From: a virus
Length of the DNA stretch: 64,000 bases
IMG/VR virus record: IMGVR_UViG_3300036987_000083
Location: 115,490-179,489 of that record
Strand: one strand, 5' to 3'
In this document: positions 52,895 through 63,002 of the stretch, one piece after another
Layout of the letters: the number at the start of each line of letters is the position of its first letter
Position numbering within the stretch: position 1 is the stretch's first letter
Notes under the pieces: model-generated
What the model saw: the letters and a program-made list of their open reading frames with translations, nothing else
Told to the model about the DNA's origin: nothing
Database searches by the model: none
Position numbers and translations under genes: made by a program

Positions 52895-53238
52895 GTAAGC
52901 AAGACAAGAAAAAGATTCGGGCAGCCTTCCGAAACGCAGTGTTCTCTCGCGATCGCTTCACCTGTAAGGGCTGCGGCGAAAAAGGAACCGAGGAGACCCT
53001 CGACGCCCATCACATCACTTCGAGAGATCTGATGGAATCGGGAGGGTACGTCGCCGAAAATGGAATCACACTGTGCAAGAAGGTTGGAGGCTGCCATGAG
53101 AAGGCTGAAGCCTTCGACGCCAACAGTAACATCGTACCCGGCTTCGAGCCTACGACGCTCTATTCCCTTATCGGAAGCACCTATGCCCAAGCAATCCAAG
53201 CGAGCGAAAAACTCAAGAAAGAAGAGCGCAATGCCTAA
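52891..53238 (+). CDS. HNH endonuclease
   Basis: FSRDRFTCKGCG..LDAHHI..NGITLC..CHEKAE. Confidence 0.8.
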   Translation: MSKQDKKKIRAAFRNAVFSRDRFTCKGCGEKGTEETLDAHHITSRDLMESGGYVAENGITLCKKVGGCHEKAEAFDANSNIVPGFEPTTLYSLIGSTYAQAIQASEKLKKEERNA

Positions 53239-53262
53239 GGGACATGTAGGGGCCGTGGACCT

Positions 53263-53715
53263 ATGAGTGCCATCGATAACTTTCGAGACTCCCATTATTT
53301 TTTGTCGAACTTCTACGAATCCCCCATGAAAGTAGACGGCAAAAGCTTCCGGACCAACGAGCACTTCTTCCAGGCAAGCAAGGCGACCCGTACAGAGGAT
53401 TTTGAGTACGTAAGAGCCTCCGCGACAGCGGCGCAGTCGAAGAAGCGTGGTCGCGAAATCGAGATGCGTGGCGACTGGGACAACGTGAAAAACGCTGTGA
53501 TGATGCAGGGACTCCGAGCCAAGTTTTCGGACCCCGTGCTTCGTCAGCAGCTCCTTGATACGGGTGATGCTGCTTTGATTGAGGGCAACAACTGGCATGA
53601 TGTTTGGTGGGGACGGTGCGACTGTTCCAAACATGGAGGCGATGGCCAGAACTGGCTGGGGCGACTACTGATGCAGCTACGTGAAGAACTCCGAAGAGAA
53701 GGTGCGGAACCGTAG
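53263..53715 (+). CDS. NADAR (YbiA-like) protein
   Basis: FLSNFY..TNEHFFQASK..KFSDP.LRQQLLDTGDAALIEGNNWHDVWWG..NWLGRLLMQLR. Confidence 0.9.
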   Translation: MSAIDNFRDSHYFLSNFYESPMKVDGKSFRTNEHFFQASKATRTEDFEYVRASATAAQSKKRGREIEMRGDWDNVKNAVMMQGLRAKFSDPVLRQQLLDTGDAALIEGNNWHDVWWGRCDCSKHGGDGQNWLGRLLMQLREELRREGAEP

Positions 53716-53897
53716 CGGTAAAACCTTGGCATGGCCGTGCTCTAGGGTCATCAGGCTGATCCGCTACAGGAATTTGATGTGGCTTAGGGGCTCCGCCGAG
53801 CCAGCTTCCTCGCGCAGAATCCCCTGTCACTTCAAGGGGAACCACGATTTCCGAGGAGGATTTTTGCGCTTCTAGAAAACTTGGGCGATTATTGGTT

Positions 53898-55016
53898 ATG
53901 CCCAACTTAAAAAAAGTGTGTTTGCGCTGCGGCAAAGCTTTACCCGCTACCCCAGATTACTTTCAACGGGACAACAGGAGTCCCGACGGTTTCAGGCATC
54001 CGTGTAAGGCTTGCCGAGGCACTACGCCGCACCCAGAGGCCAACCCCTACGGCAAGCTAGTAGAGCTGACTCGCCTCAAGCCTCTGCCCTTCATGGAACT
54101 TTGTAACCGACTCGACTTGTCCCCCGGCAAGACGAAAGCGCTAATCCACCAAGCCAAGGATGCAGGCATACTCATAAAAGTGAGTGATCATCACGTAGGT
54201 CTGCAGGTTCCAGGCGCTGACGAACGAGTCCAGCCAACAGGAATCATGCCCGTGGTGGGGAAGCGCCAAAAAATTGGAGTCATTAGCGATACCCACCTTG
54301 GTAGCAAGTACTGCCTGCGCGCTGAGTTGAAAGACTTCATCGAGTACGCGTATTCCCAAGGCGTTCGAGAGATTCTCCACCCAGGTGACATGCTCGACGG
54401 TAACTATGTCTCGCACGGCATGTTCGAACTGAGTCACGTCGGTCTGCAGCCGCAGATACAGGACCTGGTGGAAACGCTGCCGAAGAAGCCCGGCCTCTCC
54501 TACCATGCCATTACCGGCAACCACGATCTGACCTTCATGGAACAGAACGGTGTGGACGTCGGTCGCTCCATCACCAATGAGTTCAAGCGCGCTGGTCGCA
54601 ACGACTTCCACTTTTACGGCAACCGTGGCGCCTTCATCAAAATTCGCGGAGCCGTAGTACACCTATGGCACCCGATGGGCGGCGGCTCGTACGCCAAGAG
54701 CTACAAGCTGCAGAAGCAAATCGAGAAGTACGCCAGTGGCGAGAAGCCGCACATCGTACTGGCAGGACACTGGCACATCTACTGCCACGTGTATGAGCGG
54801 GGCGTGCACGCACTCGCCTGCCCCACGTTCCAAGGCGGCGGCTCCGCATTCGGCAAGGCGCTCGGTGGCGCGCCTACAATTGGTGGAATGATTCTCTCTT
54901 GGGAGCAAACAGCCCACGGGACCATGCGGAACTTCATTCACGAGTACCGAGCCTACTTCGAGAAGGAAACACCTCAGCAGCTCTTCACGGAAGAAGCATA
55001 CCGCGACAACCGCTGA
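53898..55016 (+). CDS. Metallophosphoesterase with N-terminal Zn-finger/HTH
   Basis: VISDTHLGS..HPGDMLDG..ITGNHD..LAGHWH. Confidence 0.85.
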   Translation: MPNLKKVCLRCGKALPATPDYFQRDNRSPDGFRHPCKACRGTTPHPEANPYGKLVELTRLKPLPFMELCNRLDLSPGKTKALIHQAKDAGILIKVSDHHVGLQVPGADERVQPTGIMPVVGKRQKIGVISDTHLGSKYCLRAELKDFIEYAYSQGVREILHPGDMLDGNYVSHGMFELSHVGLQPQIQDLVETLPKKPGLSYHAITGNHDLTFMEQNGVDVGRSITNEFKRAGRNDFHFYGNRGAFIKIRGAVVHLWHPMGGGSYAKSYKLQKQIEKYASGEKPHIVLAGHWHIYCHVYERGVHALACPTFQGGGSAFGKALGGAPTIGGMILSWEQTAHGTMRNFIHEYRAYFEKETPQQLFTEEAYRDNR

Positions 55017-55067
55017 AGGTTGACTACCGCACTGTAACATGCTAGACCCCCACTGGGGAGTCACCCA

Positions 55068-55481
55068 GTGGCTGAATCCGACACGCGCGAAATAGTCCTA
55101 AACGGTAGAAAATTCGTGGAGCACAGGCTGGCCTGCCCGGAGTGCCAAGCGCGGATGGCGCTCCGGGCATCCAAGTACGGGCTCTTCTACGGCTGCGTTG
55201 CCTTCCCCGCGTGCCGTGCCTCACATGGCGCTCATCCCACTGGGGCACCACTCGGTATTCCGGCTACAAAAGAAGTAAAGGAAGCGAGGATTCGCGCCCA
55301 CGACACGTTTGACCTCCTCTGGAAACAGGGGAGCATGTCGCGACACGAGGCTTACCGGTGGATGCGGACTGCGCTCGTGATGCCCAAGGAAGAGGCTCAC
55401 ATCGCTAACTTCGACATCGCGACTTGCAACAAGCTCATTCAAGCGGTTACGTTCTACCTGAAAGCCACAGTCTCGCAGTAA
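55068..55481 (+). CDS. Zn-finger protein (DUF3268-like)
   Basis: CPEC..FYGC..FPACRASHGAHP..PLG.PA..RIRAHDTFDLLW..HIANFD. Confidence 0.7.
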   Translation: MAESDTREIVLNGRKFVEHRLACPECQARMALRASKYGLFYGCVAFPACRASHGAHPTGAPLGIPATKEVKEARIRAHDTFDLLWKQGSMSRHEAYRWMRTALVMPKEEAHIANFDIATCNKLIQAVTFYLKATVSQ

Positions 55482-55511
55482 CAAACTACCCTCACAACTG
55501 GAGGTCACACC

Positions 55512-56187
55512 ATGAGTGCTGTAATTATCGAGATTCGGAGTGGTGAAGGTGGCGAAGACGCCAAGCGGCTGGTGATGGATCAGTTCGCCATTTACGGCAA
55601 GATGGGGGCTCGGAGGGGGCTTTGACATTGAGGTTCTAGACGCGAAACCGGGCCTGCTTGTCTTCCGCGCAGCAGGCCCTGAAGCCGCTGAGGCCTTCCG
55701 GCATGAACCGGGCGGGCATCGCTGGCAGCGGGTGCCTGAGAACGACGACAGAGTGCACACCTCAACCGTGACAGTCGCGGTATTCACGGAGCCTGACGAA
55801 GCCAGTTTCTACTTGAATCCTGCCGATTTGGACATCAAGACGACGCGAGGAAGCGGTCCAGGCGGGCAGAATCGTAATAAAACGGAAAGCTGCGTCGTAG
55901 CGACCTACAAGCCCACGGGGTTGGTAGTGCGCATCGACACTGAGCGCTCCCAACACAGAAATAAAGCGCTCGCTTTGGGGGTTCTACGGGCCCGGCTGTC
56001 TGAAGCCCACCAGGACGCGCGGGTGGGCAGCGAAAATGCTGCTAGAAAGGCCCAGGTGGGCTCGGGGATGCGCGGATGCAAGCGGCGAACTATTGCCATT
56101 CAACGAGACCAAGTGGTGGATCACATCCTTGGGGCTCGGACCTCCTGTACGAAGTACCTGAAAGGCGTATTTGACGGAGTCTGGTAG
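55512..56187 (+). CDS. PrfH-like class I peptide release factor expressed through a +1 frameshift at CTT TGA (55620-55625)
   Basis: IEIRSGEGG before the shift; GGHRWQRVP..RVHTSTVTVAV and GPGGQNRNKTES after; internal SD GGAGG then GGG CTT TGA C. Confidence 0.85.
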
Positions 56188-56279
56188 TCGCGTGAAGCCC
56201 GAGTCCCCTTTTGCATGTCAGGTAGCTTGTTCTCGTACGACAAGTATGCGCGAGGAGGTATGAGGTGTAAGCTGGGGCT

Positions 56280-56660
56280 ATGAGTGACATCGACACGGAT
56301 GCCTCCGCGCCGGGCCCCGTGCCCAACGCGGTGCCACCGCCACACACTTACGTGTTCCTTCTACTCCCTTGGAAACGGGTGGAGCCAGTGTTTAACCGGC
56401 TCTTCACCTACTCCATCTTCGGAGCGCTTGAAGGAAACTTCGTAGCGCGCAGGGCGCCAGCTCACATGATTAAACTAGTGGATGGCTCCGTAGCCTACCG
56501 CATGGACGCAGCCCACCTGCCAAAGTTCCAATTTGACGCTATTGGCTACTTCGTGGATTTGTACTCGTTTGGCGTACATAGATTCGTGACTACCGATCCT
56601 ACGCTCTCGATGGCACCCAACCCTCGGCAGGATATGTGGCTACCCGTAGGTAATGCCTAG
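56280..56660 (+). CDS. Hypothetical protein
   Basis: ORF in chain. Confidence 0.5.
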   Translation: MSDIDTDASAPGPVPNAVPPPHTYVFLLLPWKRVEPVFNRLFTYSIFGALEGNFVARRAPAHMIKLVDGSVAYRMDAAHLPKFQFDAIGYFVDLYSFGVHRFVTTDPTLSMAPNPRQDMWLPVGNA

Positions 56661-57030
56661 AGGAATTATGAACCACAAGCGCGGAAGAGCCAAGAGCAGC
56701 AGAGCAGGGTGTCTTTTATGTCGGCCATGGAAGCACCAAGCTGCAAAAGGCGGTAGCCGCCCGGACATCGTAGGACCGAGAAACTTCCGGCTCACACAGG
56801 ACAAGCTGGAGGATCTTTCCCACGAAGACTCAATGAGCGCCATCGACAAGGAGATGGCCGCGTTGTACTGCGACAACGACTACTGTGATTGTAATAACTA
56901 TGGCGAAGTACACGAAGCGATGCTCTCCGAGTGGCTTACCGGAGAAACAACCTCCAAGCTCGCCGAGATGGGGGTGACCGTCACTTGGACGAGGGAGCAC
57001 CCGGTACTCTGTCACTTGACAATCGACTAG
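56653..57030 (+). CDS. Hypothetical protein
   Basis: ORF in chain. Confidence 0.5.
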   Translation: MPRGIMNHKRGRAKSSRAGCLLCRPWKHQAAKGGSRPDIVGPRNFRLTQDKLEDLSHEDSMSAIDKEMAALYCDNDYCDCNNYGEVHEAMLSEWLTGETTSKLAEMGVTVTWTREHPVLCHLTID

Positions 57031-57049
57031 TCGTAGTGTACATGGAGTC

Positions 57050-57793
57050 ATGCCACTTCAGCTTCAGGTAGTTAGCGATCTCCACCTCGACCACCACAGA
57101 GATGGTGGACTGGATTTCCTTACCCATCTGCCCGTTGCTGCAGAGGTCTTGGTGATTGCCGGAGACTTGGCGGAGCTTCGTTTTTTCGGTCAGACCAAGG
57201 AAAGGCTTGAATCCCTGTGTAAAGGGCGTCGCCGCGTGTTTTTTGTGACCGGCAACCACGAATACTATAACGGAACGCCCTCGGCGGTTGACGCCCTGAT
57301 TGCGGCAGTGGAAGCGGAACTTCCTGTGCTTCGCGTGCTGCGACCAGGGCGGGTTGAAGAGCTAGACGGCCATCGTGTTCTCGGAGCTACTCTTTGGTTC
57401 CGAGACGACCCATACAACGCCATGTATGCGAAGAACATGAATGACTTCCACCAAATCAAGCAATTCACTCCTTGGGTCTACGAGCAGAACGTCGCAGCAT
57501 TGAACTTTTTGGAATCAGACCTGAGCCCGGGTGACATCGTTGTCACGCACCACCTGCCAAGCAAGGAGAGCGTCCATCCCCGATACACCGGCTCACCTAT
57601 CAACCGATTTTTTCTCTGCGACATGGAGGGACTTATTCGTGAGCGTAAACCCGCGCTGTGGCTCCACGGCCACACGCACCAAGCCTGTGATTACAAGATA
57701 GATACGTGCCGTATAGTAGCGAATCCGCTAGGATACCCGAGGGAGTCGTCCAACCTCACGTTTAACGACAAGCTCGTTTTGTCGGTACCCTAG
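57050..57793 (+). CDS. Metallophosphoesterase
   Basis: VSDLHLD..IAGDL..VTGNHEYY..VTHHLP..WLHGHTH. Confidence 0.9.
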   Translation: MPLQLQVVSDLHLDHHRDGGLDFLTHLPVAAEVLVIAGDLAELRFFGQTKERLESLCKGRRRVFFVTGNHEYYNGTPSAVDALIAAVEAELPVLRVLRPGRVEELDGHRVLGATLWFRDDPYNAMYAKNMNDFHQIKQFTPWVYEQNVAALNFLESDLSPGDIVVTHHLPSKESVHPRYTGSPINRFFLCDMEGLIRERKPALWLHGHTHQACDYKIDTCRIVANPLGYPRESSNLTFNDKLVLSVP

Positions 57794-58052
57794 GAGCGCC
57801 GTTGCGTAAGAAACCCGCCGTAGTAACGCCCCCTCAGTACGATGACGGAGTCGTGCGCGTAGCACAGTGTCCGGTGTGTAAGCGCGAGAACAGGCTGCTG
57901 ACCAAGCACGAAGAGAATGCACCCACAGAGGTTTGGTCCTGCGCGGATGTCGAGGGTTGCGGTCAGGTTGTGGCCACGGCTGCGACTGTAGCGCGTACAA
58001 AGGCGAGAGCCGCAGCCAAGGCTGCTGTCCGTAAGGTGATTGACGAAGGGGA

Positions 58053-59330
58053 TTGACGATGGCGTTGTCCAGGTTGCAGGGTACTCAGACGGAAGTCTTG
58101 TTGTGGTCCCCTCTTGAAGAAGTCGAGCTTGACGCACAGAAGCAGCTCATCAACACCGCTTCGCTTGCTCAGGCAGTGAAGGTGCTGTCGATGCCCGACG
58201 TGCACACCGGCTACGGTGTTGCTGTTGGGTCGGTTGTCGCTTTGAAGGACGCGGTTTGTCCGAATATCGTCGGCGTAGATATCGGCTGCGGCATGATGGC
58301 TTACCGCACCAATCTCACTGCTGACATGATGCCTAAGGATTTGTCCTCTCTGCGTGCGCGCATTGAAGAGTTCATTCCTATGGGCACAGGACAGTGCCAC
58401 GAAGACCCCTCTGAGTTGATTAAGGCCCCTCAGTACGAGGAGTTGTGGGCTCGCGTAGCTGCTGCGGACCAAACCAAGTGCACCATGGAGAAGGCCAAGC
58501 AGCAAATGGGCACCTTGGGTTCTGGAAACCACTTCATCGAGGTGTGTCTCGACTCGGAAGAGCACGTGTGGCTGATGCTGCATTCTGGTAGCCGTAATTT
58601 TGGCCTCCAGGTGGCGGAAGTCTACCAGTGGAAGGCCTCGATGCTTCCCATCAACGCAAACCTTCCTGACCAATCTTTGGCGGTGCTACCTCGTAGCTCT
58701 CCGGAGTTCATGGCCTATTGGACCGACATGCAGACGGCGCAGCTCTACGCAAAGCTGAACCGCGATACCATGTTTGAGTTGCTCCTTCGGGCACTTAAGG
58801 CTGAAGGCCTTAAGGTCGAGACTACGGACATTGGCGTCAACTGCCACCACAATTACGCCATGGAAGAGGTTCATGAGGGGGAGACGCTTGTCGTAGCCCG
58901 TAAGGGCGCCATCAGCGCAAGGAAGGGCGAAATGGGCATCATCCCGGGCGCGATGGGACGCAAGAGCTTCATCGTAGAGGGTTTGGGCAACCCTGAGAGC
59001 CTGCTGAGCGCCAGCCACGGAGCTGGCCGAAAGATGAGCCGTACCAAGGCGAAGAATACCTTCTCGCTAGACGACCTTCGCGCTTCCACCAAGGGAGTCG
59101 AGTGCCACATCGGCAAGGATGTCCTTGATGAGATTGCGGAGGCCTACAAGGACATCGAAAAGGTGATGCTCTATCAGGCGGATCTTGTCCGTCCCCTGTA
59201 TGAGCTGCGCTCCATCCTAACCGCCAAGGGCCATGATCAGAAAATCAAGGTCGATCGAAAGGCGGAAGCAAAGGCGCGAGAGGCAGAGCGTCGCGAGGCT
59301 CGCACCTTCAAGCAAGGTTGCCGTCAGTAG
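58053..59330 (+). CDS. rtcB: RtcB RNA-splicing ligase
   Basis: MPDVHTGYG..VGVDIGCG..GTLGSGNHFIE..LHSGSR..HHNY..RKGA..SASHGAGR..DEIAEAYKDI. Confidence 0.95.
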   Translation: MTMALSRLQGTQTEVLLWSPLEEVELDAQKQLINTASLAQAVKVLSMPDVHTGYGVAVGSVVALKDAVCPNIVGVDIGCGMMAYRTNLTADMMPKDLSSLRARIEEFIPMGTGQCHEDPSELIKAPQYEELWARVAAADQTKCTMEKAKQQMGTLGSGNHFIEVCLDSEEHVWLMLHSGSRNFGLQVAEVYQWKASMLPINANLPDQSLAVLPRSSPEFMAYWTDMQTAQLYAKLNRDTMFELLLRALKAEGLKVETTDIGVNCHHNYAMEEVHEGETLVVARKGAISARKGEMGIIPGAMGRKSFIVEGLGNPESLLSASHGAGRKMSRTKAKNTFSLDDLRASTKGVECHIGKDVLDEIAEAYKDIEKVMLYQADLVRPLYELRSILTAKGHDQKIKVDRKAEAKAREAERREARTFKQGCRQ

Positions 59331-59464
59331 TTGACCATTGCGTATTCGACGTGGTACAGCCCTCCTCCTGTTGGGAGGAGGAGGCATCGCACACGTAAAA
59401 GCCTCCTGAAGGCCCTCGGGCCCCTTCTCGTCCTCAACTGGAAGCTCTGTCCTCAGGAGTAAAA

Positions 59465-59770
59465 ATGCACGCTACGAAACTATTAGAGCAGTTCCGGACA
59501 GGGGAAACGGGCACAGTTCTCGCCAGGGTGGAGAACTCTGCTGGGGCTGATGGCAAGTCAATTGAGTTCGAGATGGTTGGGGACGTCTACCGCATGGGCG
59601 TAGGCGATGGAGTCATCAGGCTACTGGAGTTATTGGAACTACGAAGGCAACGCAGCTCTTTCTGGTACAGGTTCCTTTACGGTGGGAGGTACGCGAATTG
59701 GGAGCTTGACATCTCAATCAAGCGGCTCCGCGCTGAGCTTAATGAAATCAGCGTTGGCTGGACGGAGTAG
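59465..59770 (+). CDS. Hypothetical protein
   Basis: AGGAG SD. Confidence 0.5.
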   Translation: MHATKLLEQFRTGETGTVLARVENSAGADGKSIEFEMVGDVYRMGVGDGVIRLLELLELRRQRSSFWYRFLYGGRYANWELDISIKRLRAELNEISVGWTE

Positions 59771-59773
59771 CGT

Positions 59774-60016
59774 ATGACTCAGGAGGAACTGAGGCGAAAA
59801 CTTGCTGCTTATTCAGACGCGGAAAGAAAAGCTAACGCACGAATGTTCTTGGGGGTGCCAGATCGCTGGTACGAACCCATGCATTTCCGATGCATAAACC
59901 ACCACATCAGCACCATGTATCTCAAGAGCGAAGCCGTCGGGGCCAACCTGTGTCTGGAATGCGGTGAGCCTGTCGAGCTGACTTTCCCTGAAGACAAGGA
60001 CGGACCCCTGCCATGA
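59774..60016 (+). CDS. Small hypothetical protein
   Basis: ORF in chain; C-terminal CLECG. Confidence 0.5.
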   Translation: MTQEELRRKLAAYSDAERKANARMFLGVPDRWYEPMHFRCINHHISTMYLKSEAVGANLCLECGEPVELTFPEDKDGPLP

Positions 60017-60588
60017 GCGACCACATTGCAGTATGGCGTTACCGAATCCCGGGTGAATCCGGGCAGGACTGTGGGGGTACGGTGCTTATGGACTCCACGG
60101 GGTATTTCAGCGCCGTATCTGACTACGGCAACTACGCGTACCAGTGGCATGCGCATGGCGCGGAGGACTTTCGGAAATTTGTGGCCGGATTAGAGGATAG
60201 TTGGGACTACCTGGCTGGAAAGTTAGGAGGCTACCGGCTGACTCATGTCCTAGATGTCGAGGCCACGGCTGCTCACCTCAAGAAAGAGTTATTGACGCAG
60301 CGCAACACCAAGGCGCTGAAGAAAGTGACTGCACGGGAGGAGTGGTCGCAGCTTGAAAGCTTGGAATCTGGTGATATTTCCTTGGAGGAGTGGCGTCGAA
60401 ACACCTTGGTGTTCCAGTACGACATCGACTGCGTCAGGTACCGCGTAGATTCCGACTTGGAGCGCTTCTGTAAGAGGCTGGTTCCAAGGCTCGCTAAGTT
60501 GATTCGCGCGGAGTTAGGCGCAGCGAGCCCTCAAACCCCAGAAACCCCAAGCAACCCCACTGGTCCCGGGACCCGTGTGTACACTTGA
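60013..60588 (+). CDS. Hypothetical protein
   Basis: SAVSDYGNYAYQW motif; overlapping start. Confidence 0.6.
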   Translation: MSDHIAVWRYRIPGESGQDCGGTVLMDSTGYFSAVSDYGNYAYQWHAHGAEDFRKFVAGLEDSWDYLAGKLGGYRLTHVLDVEATAAHLKKELLTQRNTKALKKVTAREEWSQLESLESGDISLEEWRRNTLVFQYDIDCVRYRVDSDLERFCKRLVPRLAKLIRAELGAASPQTPETPSNPTGPGTRVYT

Positions 60589-60614
60589 CAATCGCAGACC
60601 GAGTGTGGTAATGG

Positions 60615-60959
60615 TTGGGCATGGGAAAGAAAAAGAAGGAGCGCTCTGGCCAGAGCGCTATTGAGGAGCTGGATGCCGCGCTTGCCGAATACCTGGCCTC
60701 GGACCCCTGCGAGGACTACAAGCATCCTGCAAAAGTTTTGGCGCTCCGGTCGATTTTGCTGCGCTTGGGAGCTTCGAAGTGCTTGGCACTCGATAGGTTC
60801 CACTTGTTCCATTGTTTCGATACTGAATACGACCAGACTGCTGTCTGCGCCAAGGAGGGCTGCGGACATGAGTACGCTCGCCACTTCGACTGGGGTAGCG
60901 GTTACGCACCCGGATGTAAATACTGCGACTGCCGCACTTTTGTTCCCCTCAAGAAATAA
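60615..60959 (+). CDS. Small Cys/His-rich protein
   Basis: CAKEGCGHEYARHF..CKYCDC. Confidence 0.5.
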   Translation: MGMGKKKKERSGQSAIEELDAALAEYLASDPCEDYKHPAKVLALRSILLRLGASKCLALDRFHLFHCFDTEYDQTAVCAKEGCGHEYARHFDWGSGYAPGCKYCDCRTFVPLKK

Positions 60960-60987
60960 CGGGGTACAATGAGCAAGGAGGCCGCAT

Positions 60988-61413
60988 ATGACTCTCGAAG
61001 CTACGACTCCACAACCCTCGGCAGAAGAACGAGCTGAGGCCGCTGAGCGCCTGTGTGTTGTGCAGGCCGCAGCGCTTCACAAGCTTTGCGACTACATTGA
61101 ACGGGAGCTTATTCGTACGCGACGCGCAGCGCAGATGTTAGCAAGCGCACCTGACATCGTGGACAGGGAAACGGCTTTCGCTCGGGTGCACGAAGTCTCC
61201 ACTGTGGCATACGTCGTCACTCAAATTGCGACTCTAGTGGAGAACCCGGCGCATCTCGCAGGCTGGGTACCGCCCGCGCACGCCCAGAAAGTCCATCAGG
61301 CCTTTCTTAGTTGCTTCCAGCAACTGCAAGACCAGCAGGCCATGAGCGATGAACGTGGCTTCGAGGAGTATCGAGCGGCGCTTGCGCTCCTCGGCCACAG
61401 CCCGCGTACTTGA
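60988..61413 (+). CDS. Hypothetical helical protein
   Basis: AAGGAGG SD. Confidence 0.6.
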   Translation: MTLEATTPQPSAEERAEAAERLCVVQAAALHKLCDYIERELIRTRRAAQMLASAPDIVDRETAFARVHEVSTVAYVVTQIATLVENPAHLAGWVPPAHAQKVHQAFLSCFQQLQDQQAMSDERGFEEYRAALALLGHSPRT

Positions 61414-61482
61414 CTGGCTTGACAATCGCGTGGGCATAGTATAGTGTAGTCCCTCCAGACGTTGAACGAGAGGGAGCAACAC

Positions 61483-62292
61483 ATGGGACGCGAGATTCGT
61501 CGAGTGCCAATCGATTTCAATTGGCCGCTGAACAAGACGTGGGACGGTTTTCTTAACCCACTCCACAGGCCGTGTCCTGAGGACCAGAAGACTTGTTTTG
61601 GTGGTCGAACCGCTGCCGCCCAGTGGATGGATGTCATCACTCGGTTCATGGTGACGGTGGCCGATGACGCACAAGACGGAGGACGCTGTAAGGCGCGTGG
61701 CGGGGTTTGGCCACATCCTTATCTCGTGGAAATGCCTACGGCTCCTACATACGACGTTCCTTTGAAGACTTCCAGAGAGGGGCTTGGGCCCCTTCTCGCG
61801 GAACGTCTTCGCAACAAAGCCAGCCACGTGATTCCGCCCTCTAAAGACATGGTGGAGTTGATGAATGGCATCATGACCAATGCAGGCTACCCCGAGGACC
61901 GTCATTTTGGTTTCATGGGTACGGGTGCGGCCTGGTACATCCAGAAGGCCATCTTCGTGGCCGCTGGAGTTGACCCCGAGACGTGGGGGGTGTGCCCTGT
62001 CTGCAAGGGCGAAGCAATCGACCCGGCAGTCAAGGAGGCCTACGATAACTGGAAGGAGACTCCGGTTCCTGAGGGTCCTGGTTACCAGCTTTGGGAGACT
62101 ATCTCGGAGGGAAGTCCGATTTCCCCCGTGTTCCCTACAGAAGAAGGCTTCATTCAATACCTTGTTAGCGAGGGGTCTACTCGCAGCGCAGCCGAGAGCT
62201 TTGTGAAGTCGGGTTGGACCCCATCGGGGGTGATTGTGAACGGCAAGATGACTACGGGTATTGGGGTTGCAGAAGCCTTGGAGGGGACTTGA
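61483..62292 (+). CDS. Conserved phage hypothetical protein
   Basis: MGREIRRVPIDFNWP..GYQLWETISEGSPISPVF. Confidence 0.7.
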   Translation: MGREIRRVPIDFNWPLNKTWDGFLNPLHRPCPEDQKTCFGGRTAAAQWMDVITRFMVTVADDAQDGGRCKARGGVWPHPYLVEMPTAPTYDVPLKTSREGLGPLLAERLRNKASHVIPPSKDMVELMNGIMTNAGYPEDRHFGFMGTGAAWYIQKAIFVAAGVDPETWGVCPVCKGEAIDPAVKEAYDNWKETPVPEGPGYQLWETISEGSPISPVFPTEEGFIQYLVSEGSTRSAAESFVKSGWTPSGVIVNGKMTTGIGVAEALEGT

Positions 62293-62990
62293 GCGCCGAC
62301 CACGTGGTCGCACCCAAGCACAAGCATGTTTGGGCGCCAGTTAGCCGAAACAGCGTGCAGATTACAGCTCGCTGCGAGTGCGGAAAGCTTAAAAAGCGCA
62401 AGGCCACTAAGGAGGAGACTGCCGAGTTCAACGTAGCCACCAAGAGAATGTTTGCCCAGAACATGGCCATGCACGCCCTCTGGCACGACCTCGCCAAGAA
62501 ATTCACGAAGAACCATGAGTGGAAGTTGAGCGGCTGGGACTTGATTGAAGAGCTGGAGAAGTACCAAGTCGACAATCCGCAAGTGCGGCTAGTCCGAGTA
62601 GACGACTCTGCACACATGAACTCGACATTGGCACTCGTGCCGCATTCTTACGACACCCCTAAGCTAGGGTCTTACTACTGGGGTACAACTGTGCTTTACG
62701 TGCCCCAGTGCAATGAGCCTCCAGCAACTTTCTTCCTATATCCGGGACACCTTCGAAAGTTGATTGAGAATCTTCAAGCCATTGAGCAGGAGCAGGCCCA
62801 ACTCAACAGCCGGAAGCGCGAAAAGATTCTAAGGCCCGTCAAGATGGGGAAGAAACCCATTTGTGCCCCATGCAGCCAAGGGCGACACGCCTCGAAGGGC
62901 TTCCCGGAATACGGGGATTCCGATAGCTGTCCCGATGCCCGCTGTGGGTGTAGCTGCCGCAAGAAGCCTGTGCACCCACCAGCGACGTAA
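62289..62990 (+). CDS. Hypothetical protein (TTG start)
   Basis: SD GAGGGG; overlaps the previous stop. Confidence 0.55.
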   Translation: MSADHVVAPKHKHVWAPVSRNSVQITARCECGKLKKRKATKEETAEFNVATKRMFAQNMAMHALWHDLAKKFTKNHEWKLSGWDLIEELEKYQVDNPQVRLVRVDDSAHMNSTLALVPHSYDTPKLGSYYWGTTVLYVPQCNEPPATFFLYPGHLRKLIENLQAIEQEQAQLNSRKREKILRPVKMGKKPICAPCSQGRHASKGFPEYGDSDSCPDARCGCSCRKKPVHPPAT

Positions 62991-63002
62991 AGGGAGACCG
63001 GC

